Shown here piece after piece: positions 44,297 to 53,823 of a DNA stretch of 64,000 nucleotides. How positions within the stretch are numbered: position 1 is the stretch's first letter; each line of letters starts with the position of its first letter. Below the pieces are notes generated by a model. It worked only from the letters and a program-made list of their open reading frames with translations, was not told where the DNA came from and did not search any database. The translations under genes and the position numbers were made by a program. This DNA is from Thermoflexus hugenholtzii JAD2 (GTDB lineage: Bacteria > Chloroflexota > Chloroflexia > Chloroflexales > Roseiflexaceae). The stretch lies in assembly GCA_945881915.1 (NCBI GenBank), contig CAMCVW010000002.1, positions 84,676-148,675 on the forward strand, read 5' to 3'.

Positions 44297-45952
44297 ATGT
44301 ATACTCACTCGAAACGTTCCCTGATAGTCAGCGCACTCCTCATGCTCACCGCATGCGGGAGTGCGTTGAGTTTCGTACCACCGCAAGGTACTCCGGTGGC
44401 TACCGTTGTATCTTCGCAATCGTTCAATCAATCGCAACCATTTTGCAGTGCACAGTTTTCCCGTACAGATATGCCCCACGTTACGACGGGCGGCACAAAT
44501 GGCAGCGCACTCTATGCAAGTAATGGCAGCGGCATAGCTGTCGGTGATCTGAACGGCGATAATCGCCCCGACGTTGTATATGGAAACATCGTGGGCACCG
44601 TGACGATTTTTGTTAATGATGGTGATTTTACCTTTACACCTGTCAAGACTACACTCAGCGAAGTACGCAGTCTTGCAATTGTTGACACAGACGGTGATGG
44701 GACTCGTGAGCTCGTCGCCACACGACGCTTTGCTCCACCCATTATCGGGACACTCACACCATCTGGCTTTACGTTTTCTGACATGCCTGATATCTATACC
44801 GCGTTCTATGCAATGGGTTGGCAAGACATCAATGCAGATGGAACGTTGGATGCTGTCTTGGGGACATACGACAATGAACAGCTCCAGCACCAAGGGTTGA
44901 TTTTTCAAACGCGTGGAGGCGGTGGTGTGTTCGTGTACACACAAGAAAATGGTCGTTTTCAGCAAAATCGACTCAACCAGCACGCCCAAGCACTCGCACT
45001 CATTTTTCCCGATTTGAATGACGATGGGCGTGCCGATATTTTAGTCGGGAACGACTTCAATGAGCCAGATGCTGCGTGGACTGTGACCAGCAGCGGCTAC
45101 ACGCCAATTGCGCCTTTTTCGCAAACGACCGAAAACACCATGTCCCTCGATTATGCAGATTCGGACAACAACGGTGCCCTCGATATTTTCGCAGCAGACA
45201 TGAAGCCGTACGACCAGAGTGTCTCGACAATGGCACAGTGGCTACCTGCAATGCTCAAACTGACCCGTCCGTTGAGTGCAGACGACCCACAGTACATCGA
45301 AAACACGCTGCAGATGTGGGACGGAACCAACTGGCAAAACACCGCATATAATCTGCAACTCGATGCAACTGGCTGGAGTTGGTCGGCAACGTTCGCTGAC
45401 CTCGACAACAACGGTTGGCAAGACCTGTATGTGGTCAATGGGATGAAGGCGAACGACTTACTTGCGTACCTTCCCAACGGGGAACTCAGCGAAGACGATT
45501 TGCTCTTCCAAACGAGTGATGCAAAAAAGTACACCATTACACAGCGCGGACTGCAGCATACAGGGAGTGGCCGTGCTGCGAGTATGGTTGATTTGGATAA
45601 TGACGGTGACCTTGATGTCGTTGTCAACCCCATTGACGGCCCCGGCCAACTCTACCGCAATAACCTCTGTGGCACTCAGAGCATCACCGTGACACTCATC
45701 GATGAATCCTCACGAAATCGCGATGCGGTCGGTGCCGTCGTCAGGATTCAATCTCCGATGGGGTCACAAATGCGCTCTGTACAGGTTTCGAGTGGCTACT
45801 TGTCGGGGAGAAGTACGACAATCCATTTTGGCCTCGGAACCGACACAACCGTCCCCACAATGCACATTCAATGGCCGGATGGGACATACTCTATGATTAA
45901 TGCACTCCACAGCGGTGCGCACTATACCATCACACGAAAGGCGCTTCCATGA
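44297..45952 (+). CDS. CRTAC1-like lipoprotein: FG-GAP/VCBS repeats plus a C-terminal ASPIC/UnbV domain
   Basis: Track ORF 44075..45952. ATG 44297 starts MYTHSKRSLIVSALLMLTACGS (lipobox). Seven D.(N/D).DG loops, e.g. DLNGDNRPDVV and DLDNDGDLDVVV. C-terminus GAVVRIQS..VSSGYLSG..IHFGLG..IQWPDG. Confidence 0.75.
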   Translation: MYTHSKRSLIVSALLMLTACGSALSFVPPQGTPVATVVSSQSFNQSQPFCSAQFSRTDMPHVTTGGTNGSALYASNGSGIAVGDLNGDNRPDVVYGNIVGTVTIFVNDGDFTFTPVKTTLSEVRSLAIVDTDGDGTRELVATRRFAPPIIGTLTPSGFTFSDMPDIYTAFYAMGWQDINADGTLDAVLGTYDNEQLQHQGLIFQTRGGGGVFVYTQENGRFQQNRLNQHAQALALIFPDLNDDGRADILVGNDFNEPDAAWTVTSSGYTPIAPFSQTTENTMSLDYADSDNNGALDIFAADMKPYDQSVSTMAQWLPAMLKLTRPLSADDPQYIENTLQMWDGTNWQNTAYNLQLDATGWSWSATFADLDNNGWQDLYVVNGMKANDLLAYLPNGELSEDDLLFQTSDAKKYTITQRGLQHTGSGRAASMVDLDNDGDLDVVVNPIDGPGQLYRNNLCGTQSITVTLIDESSRNRDAVGAVVRIQSPMGSQMRSVQVSSGYLSGRSTTIHFGLGTDTTVPTMHIQWPDGTYSMINALHSGAHYTITRKALP

Positions 45953-46743
45953 TGAGCACCACGCCATTTCGCATGCGCGAAATCATCGATTTACGCGCAG
46001 TTGCTACACCATTGACCATTGGGGTACTGCTTGGTTGCATCACAGCAATCGCTGCGTCAGCACTCAAATACCCGCTCTGGATCCAAGCGACGTGCGTTTT
46101 GGCTGGTGTCCTTCCTGCCTATGGAATGCATGCATTGCGGATTCTCAAAACCTATGGCTGGTGGTGGGCATTGTTGTCTGTATTGGTCGCAGCCCAAGGA
46201 TTCCACGGCATCGAACACATCGTTCAGTGGATTCAATATCACATCCTGCGCTGGCCGTTCTTCAAATCGAGTGGCATCATCTCGGCAGCGAACGCAGAAT
46301 GGGTGCACTTCGGCTGGAACTGGATAGTGCTAATAATTATGTCAATTCTCGTCAAAGGTGGTCTCCGCAATCGGTACGCATGGTTGATGCTCGCCTGGAC
46401 AATTGCACACACCGCGGAGCATACCTATTTGATGATGCGTTATTTGCAAGCGCTCTCGGAATTAGCCGCCTTGGGGGTTCCAAATGTGTCTGCGCAGGGT
46501 TTGCCGGGATTTTTTGGTCGCGACGGCTGGTTGGCTACTAGCGACGTGACACGATCGAGTTTCGTGTGCAGACTGCCCGGGTTTACGACTGCCGTCCGGC
46601 TCGACGTCCATTTTTGGTGGAACATCGGCGAAACAGGACTGTTGATGCTCGCGACTGCCTATGAACTCCGTCTCAGAAGAGGTGCAATTGCAGCACATGC
46701 CCCAACCCACGTTGCCATGAGACAGGCTGCTGAACGAGTATAA
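45949..46743 (+). CDS. Integral membrane protein of unknown function with conserved-looking His clusters
   Basis: ATGA overlap with the upstream gene. About 6 TM helices. His motifs HGIEHIVQWIQYH, WVHFGWNW, HTAEHTYLMMRY and VHFWWN. Confidence 0.6.
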   Translation: MMSTTPFRMREIIDLRAVATPLTIGVLLGCITAIAASALKYPLWIQATCVLAGVLPAYGMHALRILKTYGWWWALLSVLVAAQGFHGIEHIVQWIQYHILRWPFFKSSGIISAANAEWVHFGWNWIVLIIMSILVKGGLRNRYAWLMLAWTIAHTAEHTYLMMRYLQALSELAALGVPNVSAQGLPGFFGRDGWLATSDVTRSSFVCRLPGFTTAVRLDVHFWWNIGETGLLMLATAYELRLRRGAIAAHAPTHVAMRQAAERV

Positions 46744-46769
46744 TCGTAGTAGCATCTGAGGAGGCAAAT

Positions 46770-48779
46770 ATGTCCATTAGCGCTGGTGTGCTCTATCCCC
46801 TTGCAATTGTGCAGACATTCGACAGTAATTCGTCACAAACCAAAATTATTCGCACCATATTGATTATTTTTTCGACGGTATTGCCCACCCTGGTGCTGTT
46901 CGAAGGATTTGTCCAACGCATCGACTGGATTTCGTTCGGGATTTGTATCCTGACCTGTGCACTCAGCGCATACCTGGTTGTGCATATCAATCGTTCCCAA
47001 TCAGCCGCATTTTTACCAACTTTTGTGATTTTAAACCTCGCATATCTGACGATGGGTATTCGCAGTCTCGGTTCCGAGCCACAAATCCATTCGTTGACAA
47101 ATGCATTGGTCTGTTTTGCATTTGCCACAACCGTATTATGGATTTTGATTACCTGCTGGGTACCTCCGCACGAGGGGAGCGAAACGACACATCCACTCAC
47201 CCCAGCAGAAATTCTCGGTGTGGTTTTGTTAGCACTCGTTGCGTTGGCGCTCCGTTTGTATCAGTTGGATGTGCTCCCTGCAACGCATACGCTCGAAGCA
47301 CAGTTTGGCCTCGATGCGCGCGAAGTACAGGCACAAAATGCATGGAATCCTATTTCGTTGACTTTTGATGGGCATGCACATTTCTTCACGGTGGTGTTGA
47401 GTCTTGCAATGTGGCTCTTCGGTGATTCGTTCGTTGCTATCCGCACTGCCGCTGCACTCATCGGTGCATCGACGGTGATTTTGCTCTACATCGCAGCACG
47501 TCGATTTTTTGATATACGAACTGCTTGGCTTGCGTCACTGGCTTTTGTCGCAATGGCAATTCATCTCGAGTTCAGTCGTATTGCCACTAGCGCCGCGGTC
47601 GATGCGTTTCTGCTCTGCGCGGTACTCGCGTTCCTCGCCATTGGTTGGGATACCGGTCGACGACGGGGCTATATCGCAGCAGGATTCGCGTTGGGGATGT
47701 GCCAATACTCTTATCACACCGGTAAAATCATCCCTGTTATTTTTGCAATATGGCTATGTATCGTTGCCATCCAGAATTGGGAACTCGTCGTGCAACGCTT
47801 ACCGACACTCACGATGATGTGGGGAATTGGATTGTTGGTTGCGCTGCCCATGTGGTGGGTTACAGTGACACATTGGATGAGGTACCAAACCGCAATCGAA
47901 GTGGTCAGCATTTTCCACGCGTCTGATGTTCCTGGTCAGAACTGGTTACAAGCTATCGCAACAACGCAACAGATGCCTGAGTGGCTTGCCATGATCTATC
48001 TGGTGCGGGATGCAGCTGCTGCATTCATTGCAGTGCCGGTGCGAGATGGATACGACGTTGGTTTGGCAATATTGACGCTTCCCAGCGCGGTACTGTTCAT
48101 CATCGGGGTACTCCTGATGATCCGTGAATACGATGATCCACGCTACTGGTTGATGTTCTTGGGACTGATGAGTGCCGTCGTTATCGCGAGTATCACCATC
48201 AACACGCCGGCAGCACAAAGAATGATTTATATCACGCCGTTTGTCGCCATGGTTGTAGGAATCGGGTTAGCACAATCGAGTCGTTGGTTGCGTCTCGAGT
48301 GGATCCAGTCTGATTGGAGCCTCCCAAACTGGCTCGTTCAGGCAATCGGGATAATCCTTGCTATCGGAATCGCCGGCTACGATGCCAACAACTATCTCAT
48401 CAATAATCGCAACGCGGCTATCCAACCTGCAGACGCAATAGCAAGTGCGATAGGGTCGACCATCGCTGGGTTCCCCGAAGGATCACGCGCCTATGCATTC
48501 ACCGAACCGTTCCTGCGCTACGAAGGGAATGCGATTTTGGTCTTTCAAGCACCGCAGGTCCGAGGAATCGATGTTCCCCAACCATTGAACACACCACCAC
48601 GGTGGGTATTGGAAGGACCAAAACAGATCTTTTTGTTTGCTCCACAACGAAGCAACGAACTTGCCCTGATACGCTCGTTCTACCCCGGTGGCATCGAAAA
48701 TCGCGTGTTTCACCAAAATGGTGAAACTATCTTGCTCTATTATGTACTCGACGGCGTTCCGGCGCTCAATACTCCGTAA
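46770..48779 (+). CDS. GT-C fold membrane glycosyltransferase (ArnT/PMT family 39-like)
   Basis: 669 aa, polytopic, with a soluble C-terminal ~120 aa. It is a paralog-like match to 30068..32002 and to 61726..63722. Confidence 0.65.
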   Translation: MSISAGVLYPLAIVQTFDSNSSQTKIIRTILIIFSTVLPTLVLFEGFVQRIDWISFGICILTCALSAYLVVHINRSQSAAFLPTFVILNLAYLTMGIRSLGSEPQIHSLTNALVCFAFATTVLWILITCWVPPHEGSETTHPLTPAEILGVVLLALVALALRLYQLDVLPATHTLEAQFGLDAREVQAQNAWNPISLTFDGHAHFFTVVLSLAMWLFGDSFVAIRTAAALIGASTVILLYIAARRFFDIRTAWLASLAFVAMAIHLEFSRIATSAAVDAFLLCAVLAFLAIGWDTGRRRGYIAAGFALGMCQYSYHTGKIIPVIFAIWLCIVAIQNWELVVQRLPTLTMMWGIGLLVALPMWWVTVTHWMRYQTAIEVVSIFHASDVPGQNWLQAIATTQQMPEWLAMIYLVRDAAAAFIAVPVRDGYDVGLAILTLPSAVLFIIGVLLMIREYDDPRYWLMFLGLMSAVVIASITINTPAAQRMIYITPFVAMVVGIGLAQSSRWLRLEWIQSDWSLPNWLVQAIGIILAIGIAGYDANNYLINNRNAAIQPADAIASAIGSTIAGFPEGSRAYAFTEPFLRYEGNAILVFQAPQVRGIDVPQPLNTPPRWVLEGPKQIFLFAPQRSNELALIRSFYPGGIENRVFHQNGETILLYYVLDGVPALNTP

Positions 48780-48851
48780 CGCGTATGTTACAATCTGCAC
48801 AGCGCCTATATGAATCCTGTATGAATCCTGGTATGGAGTGGAGAATTGTTG

Positions 48852-49814
48852 ATGACGAGCACGTACACCGGCCCAGTTGTATCGGTTGTTGCCCCGGTAT
48901 ACGACGAAGAAATTCTGCTTCCAGAATTTTATCGGCGCACCATAGCAGCACTCGAGCAACTGCAGGTACCGTTCGAGTTAATCCTCGTCAACGACGGTTC
49001 ACATGATTCATCGGGCACGATCATGGATCGCATACATGAAGCAGATCCGCGGGTCAAAGTAATCCATTTTTCTCGGAACTTCGGTCATCAGATTGCGATT
49101 ACCGCAGGCACCGATCATGCGACGGGACAATCAGTCGCTGTGATTGATTCCGATCTCCAAGACCCTCCTGAAGTCATCATTGACATGTTTCGCAAGTGGC
49201 AAGAAGGCTTCCAAGTGATATACGGGGTTCGTGCGCAGCGAGAGGGTGAAACCGCATTCAAACGATTCACCGCAAGCATGTTCTACCGCTTAATCCGCCG
49301 TATAACCAATATCAACCTGCCGCTCGATACTGGCGATTTTCGCCTCATGGACCAACGCGTTGTCGCTGCAATGTCTAAAATGCGTGAACATCACCGCTTC
49401 ATGCGCGGATTGTCCGTCTGGGTTGGATTCAAACAGACCGGCGTCAAGTACAACCGAGATGCACGGAGCGCAGGTATAACAAAATATCCGTTCCGCAAAA
49501 TGCTCCGTTTTGCGCTCGATGCGATCACCAGTTTTTCGTATTTACCGCTCCAACTCGCAACATACACCGGTTTTGCTATTGCTGGGTTGAGTGCGATTGC
49601 AATGATTATCGCAATCGTCCTCCGGTTGGCAAACAGCGATATCTTCTATGGTCAAGCGACAACACTCGTGAGCGTATTGTTTCTCGGTGGCATCCAGCTT
49701 ATTTTTCTCGGCATCATTGGTGAATACCTCGGTCGAATCTACGACGAAGTGAAACGTCGACCATTGTATATCGTTGCGGAGCGCCGTGGCGTAGAGGAAC
49801 CCAACATTGAGTGA
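48852..49814 (+). CDS. GT2 polyprenyl-phosphate glycosyltransferase (GtrB/ArnC/DPM1-like) with two C-terminal TM helices
   Basis: Track ORF 48846..49814 (TTG); ATG 48852 is preferred. Motifs [21 protein letters not shown] and [12 protein letters not shown]. Confidence 0.85.
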   Translation: MTSTYTGPVVSVVAPVYDEEILLPEFYRRTIAALEQLQVPFELILVNDGSHDSSGTIMDRIHEADPRVKVIHFSRNFGHQIAITAGTDHATGQSVAVIDSDLQDPPEVIIDMFRKWQEGFQVIYGVRAQREGETAFKRFTASMFYRLIRRITNINLPLDTGDFRLMDQRVVAAMSKMREHHRFMRGLSVWVGFKQTGVKYNRDARSAGITKYPFRKMLRFALDAITSFSYLPLQLATYTGFAIAGLSAIAMIIAIVLRLANSDIFYGQATTLVSVLFLGGIQLIFLGIIGEYLGRIYDEVKRRPLYIVAERRGVEEPNIE

Positions 49815-51174
49815 AATCCCAAAGGAAGCGTTGTACGGTACAACCGAAACTGCACGAGGAACGAAACTCCATTCCACCAAACCACCGCGCGACAAGGCAT
49901 TCCTTGTCGGGAGTGAGCTGACTGGCGGCCGTAGCCCTTGGCCAGCAGTTGATTCATTGGCAGAGCTGGCATTGCTGGTCGATACCGCCGACATCGATGT
50001 CGTTGGGACGATGTACCAGCGACTCAAGCATACCTTTTCGCAGTATTTTATCGGTCCCGGTAAAGTCGAAGAAATCAAAGCGCTCAAGGAAGTGCTCGGT
50101 TACGATATTGTCATATTCGACGACGAATTAACTCCTGGCCAAACACGGAACCTCGAAGAGACACTCGATACTCCCGTACTCGACCGTACAACGATTATTC
50201 TTGATATCTTTGCGAGTCATGCACGCACGCACGAAGGTGCAATTCAAGTCGAACTCGCACAATACAAATACCTTCTCCCACGGCTTCGTCGCCAATGGTC
50301 CCATCTTGAGCGCCAAGCGGGTGGCGGTGGTGGATCAGCTGGTGGCGTGGTCGGTCTGCGCGGTCCCGGTGAGACGCAGCTCGAGGTCGACCGACGTTTA
50401 GTCAACAAACGCATCACGGTGCTCGAAGCACAAGCACGTGACATCCACGCACAGAGAGAGGTCTATCGCGAACGGCGCCGCAAAACCGGTGTGCAAGTCG
50501 TTGCAATCGTCGGCTATACCAATGCCGGAAAATCGACGTTGCTCAACGCTATCTCGCATGCGACGGTCCGCGCCGAAGATCGGCTATTCGCAACGCTCGA
50601 TCCGACCACCCGACAAGTCACCACCCCCAGTGGCACACAGTATCTGCTGACCGACACGGTAGGGTTTATCCAGAAGCTTCCCACCGAACTGGTTGTTTCG
50701 TTCCGAGCAACACTCGAAGAAATCAAAGACGCGGATTTGATTTTGCATGTTCTCGATATTACCCACGCCAACGCTGAACAACAGGCTTCCACCGTAAATG
50801 ACACGCTCAAGCAACTCGAATGTGCCGATACACCAAGCCTCGTGGTACTCAACAAAATCGACAAACTCACCGGTGTTGATGAAGCAACAGTTGCCGAAAT
50901 GGCCGAGGCACTGGGGTTGCCGAAGGATTTTGTCGCAGTCTCTGCCCAAGAAAAATGGGGCCTCGAAGCACTCGCGCAACGCATCGAGTCGATGCTCGAA
51001 CAAGAAATGATCGAGCTTCGCGCGTACATTCCGTATCGACGCGGCGATTTGCTGCAATTGTGGCGTCAACGAGGGGTCATCACGAACGAAGAATATGATG
51101 GCGATGGAGCAGTTGTGACCGGCAGAATCCCGCAAGCACTCGTCCATATGATGCGCGGTGCGACTACGGTATGA
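49807..51174 (+). CDS. hflX: GTPase HflX
   Basis: [13 protein letters not shown]1 [13 protein letters not shown]3 DTVGFI, G4 NKID. The TTG start overlaps the GT2 stop by 8 nt; the start is uncertain. Confidence 0.9.
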   Translation: MSEIPKEALYGTTETARGTKLHSTKPPRDKAFLVGSELTGGRSPWPAVDSLAELALLVDTADIDVVGTMYQRLKHTFSQYFIGPGKVEEIKALKEVLGYDIVIFDDELTPGQTRNLEETLDTPVLDRTTIILDIFASHARTHEGAIQVELAQYKYLLPRLRRQWSHLERQAGGGGGSAGGVVGLRGPGETQLEVDRRLVNKRITVLEAQARDIHAQREVYRERRRKTGVQVVAIVGYTNAGKSTLLNAISHATVRAEDRLFATLDPTTRQVTTPSGTQYLLTDTVGFIQKLPTELVVSFRATLEEIKDADLILHVLDITHANAEQQASTVNDTLKQLECADTPSLVVLNKIDKLTGVDEATVAEMAEALGLPKDFVAVSAQEKWGLEALAQRIESMLEQEMIELRAYIPYRRGDLLQLWRQRGVITNEEYDGDGAVVTGRIPQALVHMMRGATTV

Positions 51175-52463
51175 ACGAGCACGGCAACCTTCCTCCTGCA
51201 GTCATGCGGGCGAACTATCTCAAAGGGGTGGTCAACGGCGCAGTATTCACATTGGGTGAAGCCATCAGTAACCCGGGGCTGGTGTTGTCGCTCTTGATCC
51301 GGCAACTCGGTGGATCGTTAACACTCGTCAGCCTCATCCCGGTTATCCAGAGTACGGGCTATCTTTTGCCCCAATTACTGGTCGGAGGTCATGTACAAGG
51401 GCTTCCGTACAAAATGCCGATCTATCGCACCTTCGCTGCGCTGCGCATTGCAGCGCAGTTTGCTGTTGTGATTGCGTGCTTCTATGCAACTACGATTCCT
51501 TCGTATTGGGCTCTGACAGCGGTACTGGTGTGTTATGCCTTATTCAACTTTGGTGGCGGTGTGACGACTCTGAGCTTCCAGGATATCGTCGCCAAAATTA
51601 TCCCGCCCGCGCAGCGCGGTCGGTTTTTTGGAACACGGCAATTCTATGGTGGACTGCTGGCATTCGCTATCGGCGGACCATTTGTACGCTGGATGTTGAG
51701 CGACGAGAGCCCACTCAGCTTTCCGCAAAACTTCGCGATTATCAGTCTCGTCAGTATGCTGTGTTACGCAACCGGGATGCTTTTTTTTGCGCAGGTCAAG
51801 GAACCAGCGGCGATTCAGCTTATTCCGCGTCAAGGGCTCTTTGATGCACTCCGGTCTGCACCAGCAATCTTGCAGGCTAATCACCGCTATCGAAACTTTA
51901 TCATCGTGCGCCTATGCTTGCTCATTGGTCGCTTAGCAGAACCGTTCTACATTATCTACGTGACTGAGCAACTGCATCTGCCCAAAAGCACTGCTGGCCT
52001 GCTCATTGCCGTATCTGCAGTTGCGGCAGCGTCATCAAATGTGCTCTGGGGACGTTTGGGTGATACCAAAGGAATGATTTGGTTGTTACGCTTGACGGGC
52101 TCATTGGCAATCATTCCGCCCCTCATGCTCTATGCTTCACCGTCGATAGCGCCACTCGGGGCAATCGTGCTGCTTGGCTGGCTGCTCACGTCGAGTCTGA
52201 TAGCAGGGATATCTGCAGACGGCGTGGGCATTGCAAGTATGACGTTTCTTTTGGAAGTATCGCCCCCTGAACAACGCCCACTCTACATGGGACTCGCGAA
52301 CACCATTCTTGGTATTGGCGCAGTCATTCCCATCATTGGGGGGATACTTGTAAATCAAGCGGGTTATTCGTTGACATTCATTTTTGCCGCACTCTGGAGC
52401 CTCGGGGCAATCGCCCTCGCCGGGACACTCCAGGCCGAACCGCAGCAGCGAACCGTTCCATAG
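51171..52463 (+). CDS. MFS transporter
   Basis: ATGA overlap with hflX. 12 hydrophobic segments and a loop 2-3 motif-like PPAQRGRFFG. Confidence 0.75.
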   Translation: MNEHGNLPPAVMRANYLKGVVNGAVFTLGEAISNPGLVLSLLIRQLGGSLTLVSLIPVIQSTGYLLPQLLVGGHVQGLPYKMPIYRTFAALRIAAQFAVVIACFYATTIPSYWALTAVLVCYALFNFGGGVTTLSFQDIVAKIIPPAQRGRFFGTRQFYGGLLAFAIGGPFVRWMLSDESPLSFPQNFAIISLVSMLCYATGMLFFAQVKEPAAIQLIPRQGLFDALRSAPAILQANHRYRNFIIVRLCLLIGRLAEPFYIIYVTEQLHLPKSTAGLLIAVSAVAAASSNVLWGRLGDTKGMIWLLRLTGSLAIIPPLMLYASPSIAPLGAIVLLGWLLTSSLIAGISADGVGIASMTFLLEVSPPEQRPLYMGLANTILGIGAVIPIIGGILVNQAGYSLTFIFAALWSLGAIALAGTLQAEPQQRTVP

Positions 52464-52469
52464 TCGCCT

Positions 52470-53429
52470 GTGATGGGGGAACATGCCATGATTTGGGGAT
52501 TCATCGTACTACTCGTCATCCTGATTGCGCCGTATCTGCTCATCGGACTGCGTGAAACGCAAGAGCCGGCTGAACTGTTGCACCACGGAATGCGGCACGT
52601 ACTCTGGAATGGAATAACGATTGGGATTCGTGAGCGCGGCAACGGCGCTGTGGTCGTCCTTATTCATGGATTCGGAAGCTGGCTTTCGAGCTGGGACACC
52701 CTCCAGGATGCGCTGGTAGGAGCCGGGTATCGTGTCATCGCAATCGATATGATTGGCAGCGGTACATCAGCACGCTCGCTCAATGCCGCTTTTTACACCA
52801 CATCAGCACAGGCACGCATGATACTTGAAGTGCTCGACACAATTGGTGTGCGCCAATGCACACTCATTGGTCATTCGTACGGAGGCCGAGTCGCGCTGCA
52901 AATGGGAATTTATGCGCCAGAGCGTATCGCAGAGATCATTGCAATTGCGCCTGAAGCACATGCAGGCTCGCGACCCCCCATTGCAAAACTCGTCACCATC
53001 CCCATTCTGGGCTATGCTTTGGCATTTTGGTCAACAGCACCACTGCTCATCAAGTTAGGTTTGGCATCAGTATCTGCACGGAAGGCTTGGCTTACCCCAG
53101 AACGCGTCGAAGCCTATGCGGCACCGTTGCATGTCCGAGGACAACTAGCGGCACAGATTGTTCAATCGAGCGCGCCCAAAGATGGAGACATGCCGGTACC
53201 GACACACTACCGGCACATCAAGCTCCCGGTGCATGTCATTTGGGGTGACCAGGATCCTGTTTTTCCAGCGCGTGATGGCCTCAAGATGGTCGAAAGCATA
53301 GAGCACTGTGATATCGCAATCGTCCCGAACTGTGGACACATCCCCCACGAGGAAGCGTTCAGCGAGACATGGGCGCTCATCCTCCAACATCTCCCTGCCA
53401 GAACTGTTATGCTTCAGACCTATCGTTGA
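52470..53429 (+). CDS. Alpha/beta hydrolase with an N-terminal TM anchor
   Basis: VVLIHGFGSW, nucleophile elbow GHSYGG, and C-terminal CGHIPHEE. Confidence 0.8.
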   Translation: MMGEHAMIWGFIVLLVILIAPYLLIGLRETQEPAELLHHGMRHVLWNGITIGIRERGNGAVVVLIHGFGSWLSSWDTLQDALVGAGYRVIAIDMIGSGTSARSLNAAFYTTSAQARMILEVLDTIGVRQCTLIGHSYGGRVALQMGIYAPERIAEIIAIAPEAHAGSRPPIAKLVTIPILGYALAFWSTAPLLIKLGLASVSARKAWLTPERVEAYAAPLHVRGQLAAQIVQSSAPKDGDMPVPTHYRHIKLPVHVIWGDQDPVFPARDGLKMVESIEHCDIAIVPNCGHIPHEEAFSETWALILQHLPARTVMLQTYR

Positions 53430-53823
53430 CGAATCCTGCACCGACCACGCTGACAATCACGTAGCCAGCATCGTGACTCACACTCATATCAACCGTGTCA
53501 ATCCCCAGTGCATTGGCACGGTCTCGGGCAGCACCATGGAGAAACAAAACAGGTTTTCGTGATTCATCATGGAGGACTTCAATCGTAGTCCATGGAAGCG
53601 CAGGAGCACCGCTCCCTAAACCACGAAGTCCTACACCCAGCATTTTCGCTGCGGCTTCTTTGGCAGCCCAACGCGAAGCATACGAGTCCATACGTGCATC
53701 ACAATGCTGTTGCTCTCGGAGGGTATAAATCCGTTGCACAAAGCGCATCCCATAACGCCGGTAGACAGATTCAAAGCGCGGGATATGGAGCAGGTCTATC
53801 CCCGTTCGCAGAATGAGACGCAT
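53407..53823 (-). CDS. acpS: Holo-[acyl-carrier-protein] synthase
   Basis: GIDLLHIPRF..WAAKEAAAK..SVSHD. Its 3' end overlaps the convergent hydrolase gene by 23 nt. Confidence 0.85.
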   Translation of the reverse strand: MRLILRTGIDLLHIPRFESVYRRYGMRFVQRIYTLREQQHCDARMDSYASRWAAKEAAAKMLGVGLRGLGSGAPALPWTTIEVLHDESRKPVLFLHGAARDRANALGIDTVDMSVSHDAGYVIVSVVGAGFVNDRSEA

